Positions 61,470-64,000 of a DNA stretch of 64,000 nt are shown here, piece by piece (positions within the stretch are counted from its first letter, which is position 1; every line of letters begins with the position of its first letter). The stretch comes from Myxococcota bacterium (GTDB taxonomy: Bacteria; Myxococcota_A; UBA796; UBA2385), in assembly GCA_044344255.1 (NCBI GenBank), contig JBIJDH010000002.1, positions 288,001-352,000 on the forward strand. Direction: 5' to 3'. The translations under genes were made by a program, and so were the position numbers. The notes beneath the pieces were generated by a model. The model was not told the DNA's origin. It ran no database searches and saw nothing but the letters and a program-made list of their open reading frames with translations.

Positions 61470-64000
61470 ATGGGTCCCAGCCGAGCGCGCTCGTCCTTCC
61501 TGTTCTCCGACTTCATCCGCCGCCACGCCCTCGGCCCCGACGCCGAGGCCGAGCTGGAGCGGCTGTTCGACGAGGCGCCGGTCACCCCTGTCCGGACCTC
61601 CGAGACCCTCGACTTCGACGCCGAGCCCACTGCGTCTCGAAAGGAGGAGTCTCGAAAGGAGGAGTCTCGAAAGGAGGAGTCGCGGAGGGAGGAGCCCCGA
61701 AGGGGGGAGGGCGGCCTGCGATACGTCGATCTCGAGGCCATCGCCGTCGGCGGGACGGCTGAGGTCCGCAGGGTCCACGACCGCAGCATGGACCGCGCGG
61801 TGGCGATGAAGGTGCTGCTGCCCTCGTTGGCGGAGCGGCCGGGCATCGTGCAGCGCTTCCTCTCGGAGGCCCGTGTCGCCGGGCGCCTCGACCACCCCGG
61901 CATCGTGCCGGTCCACGACGTCGGCGAGACCGCGGAGGGGCGGCCCTTCTTCACGATGCGGGAGGTGAAGGGGCGCACCCTCGGTGATCTGATCGTCCAG
62001 CTCCATGAGGCCTCGCCGCCCGAGCGCTGGGGCGAGACCGCGGATGGGTGGACCCTCCCTCGCCTCGTAGACGCCTGGCGGCGTGTCTGCGAGGCCCTCG
62101 CTTACGCCCACGCCCAGGGCGTCGTCCACCGCGACCTCAAGCCCGAGAACATCATGGTGGGGCCCTATGGTGAGGCCCTGGTGATGGACTGGGGGCTCGC
62201 GCGGGTGGGCTCCGGAGGGGGGCGGCGGGCCGAGCAGGTCATCGCCGGCACCCCGATGTTCATGGCCCCGGAGCAGGCGCGCGGGGGCTTCAACACGCTC
62301 GACGCCCGCTCGGATGTGTACGCGCTCGGCATCCTCCTGTACGCGATCCTCTATGGCCGCCCTCCCTTCCCCTCCGAGCTCTCCGTCCCGGAGCTGCTCC
62401 TTCGAGCGGGGGAGGGGATCGGCCCGCCGCCGCGCTCTCTCCGTCCCCTCCCCGACGAGCTGGTGGAGCTCTGGCGGGAGGCCACCGCCCTCGAGCCCGC
62501 CGATCGTCCCGCCGACGCCGGCGCCTTGGCCTCGCGGGTGCGGGCCTGGCAGGAGGGGGCGCGGCGCCGGGACCGGGCCGCTGGGCTGGTGGAGCGCGCC
62601 GCGGGCGCCCTCGACAGCGCCGACCGGTGTCGTGCCGAAGCCCAGGCGGCGCGCTCTGCGGCCCTCCAACGGGCGCGCGCGGTGCAGCCCTGGTCACCCC
62701 TCTCGGAGAAGCGCGCGGTCTGGGAGGCCGAAGACGCCGCCACCGCGGCCGAGGTGCGGGCGGAGATTGAGGAGGTGACCGGCGTCGAGCTCCTCCGGGC
62801 CGCTCTGACCGAAGACCCCACCCTCCCCGAGGCCCGCGCCGCCCTGGCCGACCGCTACCAGGCTCGCCACGCCGACGCCGAGCGCCGCCGGGACTCCACC
62901 GGAGCCGCCCGCTGGGAGGCCCTGCTGCGCGCTGTGGATGACGGGCGCCACGCCGCCTGGCTGAAGGGGGAGGGGCGACTGAGCCTCGTCAGCCAGCCGC
63001 GGGCGCGGGTGCGGGCCCTGCTCTACCGGCTGGTCGTTGAAGATCGGCGCCTCGTCGAGCGCTTCGAGGCTGACCTGGGGCGAGGCCCCTTGCGGGCCAT
63101 GACCATCCCTCACGGCTCGTGGCTGATCGAGCTGCACGCGCCGGGCTACGCGCCGACGCGGTACCCGGTCTTCATCGAGCGCGGGGGCGAGTGGTCCGGG
63201 GTGCCGCCGGGCGGGGGCGAGGTCGCCCCGGTCCCCTTGGTGCCGGAGGCCGAGCTCGGTCGGGACGGCGTCTATGTGCCGGCCGGCTGGGCGGTGGTGG
63301 GGGGAGACTCGAGCTGGTCCGCCTCGGGGAGCCGGCAGCTGGTCTGGATCGAGGGCTTCATCTGCGAGCGGCACCCGGTCACCAACGCGCGCTTCATGGC
63401 CTTCCTCGATGCGCTGGTCGCGAGCGGCGCGGGGGAGCAGGCCGACCGCTTCGCCCCCCGTTGGCAGACGACGGCCGGGGAGACGCCCGCCTCGGTCTAT
63501 GGCCTCGGCTCAGACGGGCGGCACTGCCTCCGCCCCGACGCCGACGGTGACACCTGGGAGCCAGACTGGCCCGTCTTCCTCATCGAGCGCGCGGCGGCCG
63601 AGGCCTTCGCCGCCTGGGAGGCCGCCCGCACGGGCCGCCCTTGGCGCCTGCCCTTCGAGCTCGAGTGGGAGAAGGCGGCCCGCGGAGTAGACGGCCGCAC
63701 CTTCCCCTGGGGGGACACCCTCGACCCGGCTTGGGCGTGTGTGCGTGGCGGTTCGCGTGGGCGGGTGCTGCCGGCCGCGATCACCGCCCACCCGGAGGAC
63801 GAGAGCGTCTACGGCGTGCGCGGCATGGGCGGCAACGTGCAGGACTGGTGCCAGGACGCCTGGTCCCCCGGGGGCCCTGCGGTGGAGGAGGGTCGCCCCG
63901 TGTATCGCCGCGCCGCCTCGGGCGAGGTGACCGTGCGGGGCGGTGCTTGGAACTTCCCAGGGGACGTCGCCTCGACCGCGTTCCGCACCGGCCGGATGGT
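61470..64000 (+). CDS. Ser/Thr protein kinase fused to an FGE-sulfatase (SUMF1) domain; runs off the right edge and is absent from the ORF track
   Basis: Translated by hand from ATG 61470: VAMK, HRDLKPEN, DWG, GTPMFMAPE, then HPVTN, RLP.E.EWEKAARG.DGR.FPWG, GGNVQDW and RGGAW. Confidence 0.9.
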   Translation, partial: MGPSRARSSFLFSDFIRRHALGPDAEAELERLFDEAPVTPVRTSETLDFDAEPTASRKEESRKEESRKEESRREEPRRGEGGLRYVDLEAIAVGGTAEVRRVHDRSMDRAVAMKVLLPSLAERPGIVQRFLSEARVAGRLDHPGIVPVHDVGETAEGRPFFTMREVKGRTLGDLIVQLHEASPPERWGETADGWTLPRLVDAWRRVCEALAYAHAQGVVHRDLKPENIMVGPYGEALVMDWGLARVGSGGGRRAEQVIAGTPMFMAPEQARGGFNTLDARSDVYALGILLYAILYGRPPFPSELSVPELLLRAGEGIGPPPRSLRPLPDELVELWREATALEPADRPADAGALASRVRAWQEGARRRDRAAGLVERAAGALDSADRCRAEAQAARSAALQRARAVQPWSPLSEKRAVWEAEDAATAAEVRAEIEEVTGVELLRAALTEDPTLPEARAALADRYQARHADAERRRDSTGAARWEALLRAVDDGRHAAWLKGEGRLSLVSQPRARVRALLYRLVVEDRRLVERFEADLGRGPLRAMTIPHGSWLIELHAPGYAPTRYPVFIERGGEWSGVPPGGGEVAPVPLVPEAELGRDGVYVPAGWAVVGGDSSWSASGSRQLVWIEGFICERHPVTNARFMAFLDALVASGAGEQADRFAPRWQTTAGETPASVYGLGSDGRHCLRPDADGDTWEPDWPVFLIERAAAEAFAAWEAARTGRPWRLPFELEWEKAARGVDGRTFPWGDTLDPAWACVRGGSRGRVLPAAITAHPEDESVYGVRGMGGNVQDWCQDAWSPGGPAVEEGRPVYRRAASGEVTVRGGAWNFPGDVASTAFRTGRM
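61635..61709. repeat. In-frame 15-bp tandem repeat TCTCGAAAGGAGGAG x3 plus 2 degenerate copies (SRKEE)
   Basis: Read directly. Confidence 0.9.

Overview
A high-GC, gene-dense bacterial chromosome segment. It looks Myxococcota/deltaproteobacterial, which is an inference from gene content: GYF_2-like and PEGA proteins, Cys-rich lipoproteins, Ser/Thr kinases and a TonB-dependent receptor/lipoprotein pair. Housekeeping genes include ttcA, selB, rocD, the block yceD-rpmF-acpP-fabF-rpiB-glyA-nrdR-ribD-ribE-ribB(A)-ribH-nusB, tRNA-Gln(CTG), tRNA-Glu(CTC), msrB, hemB and cobB. The best candidate for an undescribed system is at 19.3-24.2 kb. There, a 76-aa NHLP-clan (Franean1_4349/Os1348-like) leader peptide with almost no core heads a three-gene run with a class II terpene-cyclase/prenyltransferase-fold protein and a membrane class III adenylate cyclase. 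An RRE(PqqD)-M50 site-2 peptidase is transcribed divergently. This suggests a possible terpene-RiPP peptide-signalling module. Other oddities are an RND pump fused to its outer-membrane factor through an internal signal peptide, a radical-SAM-fold protein lacking CxxxCxxC, a histidine phosphatase/P-loop kinase fusion, a probable CTG start for glyA, a degenerate RibA domain, and tandem ARG boxes before an ArgA-like GNAT. I saw no CRISPR array, transposase or integrase. All calls come from reading motifs by eye; no searches were run.
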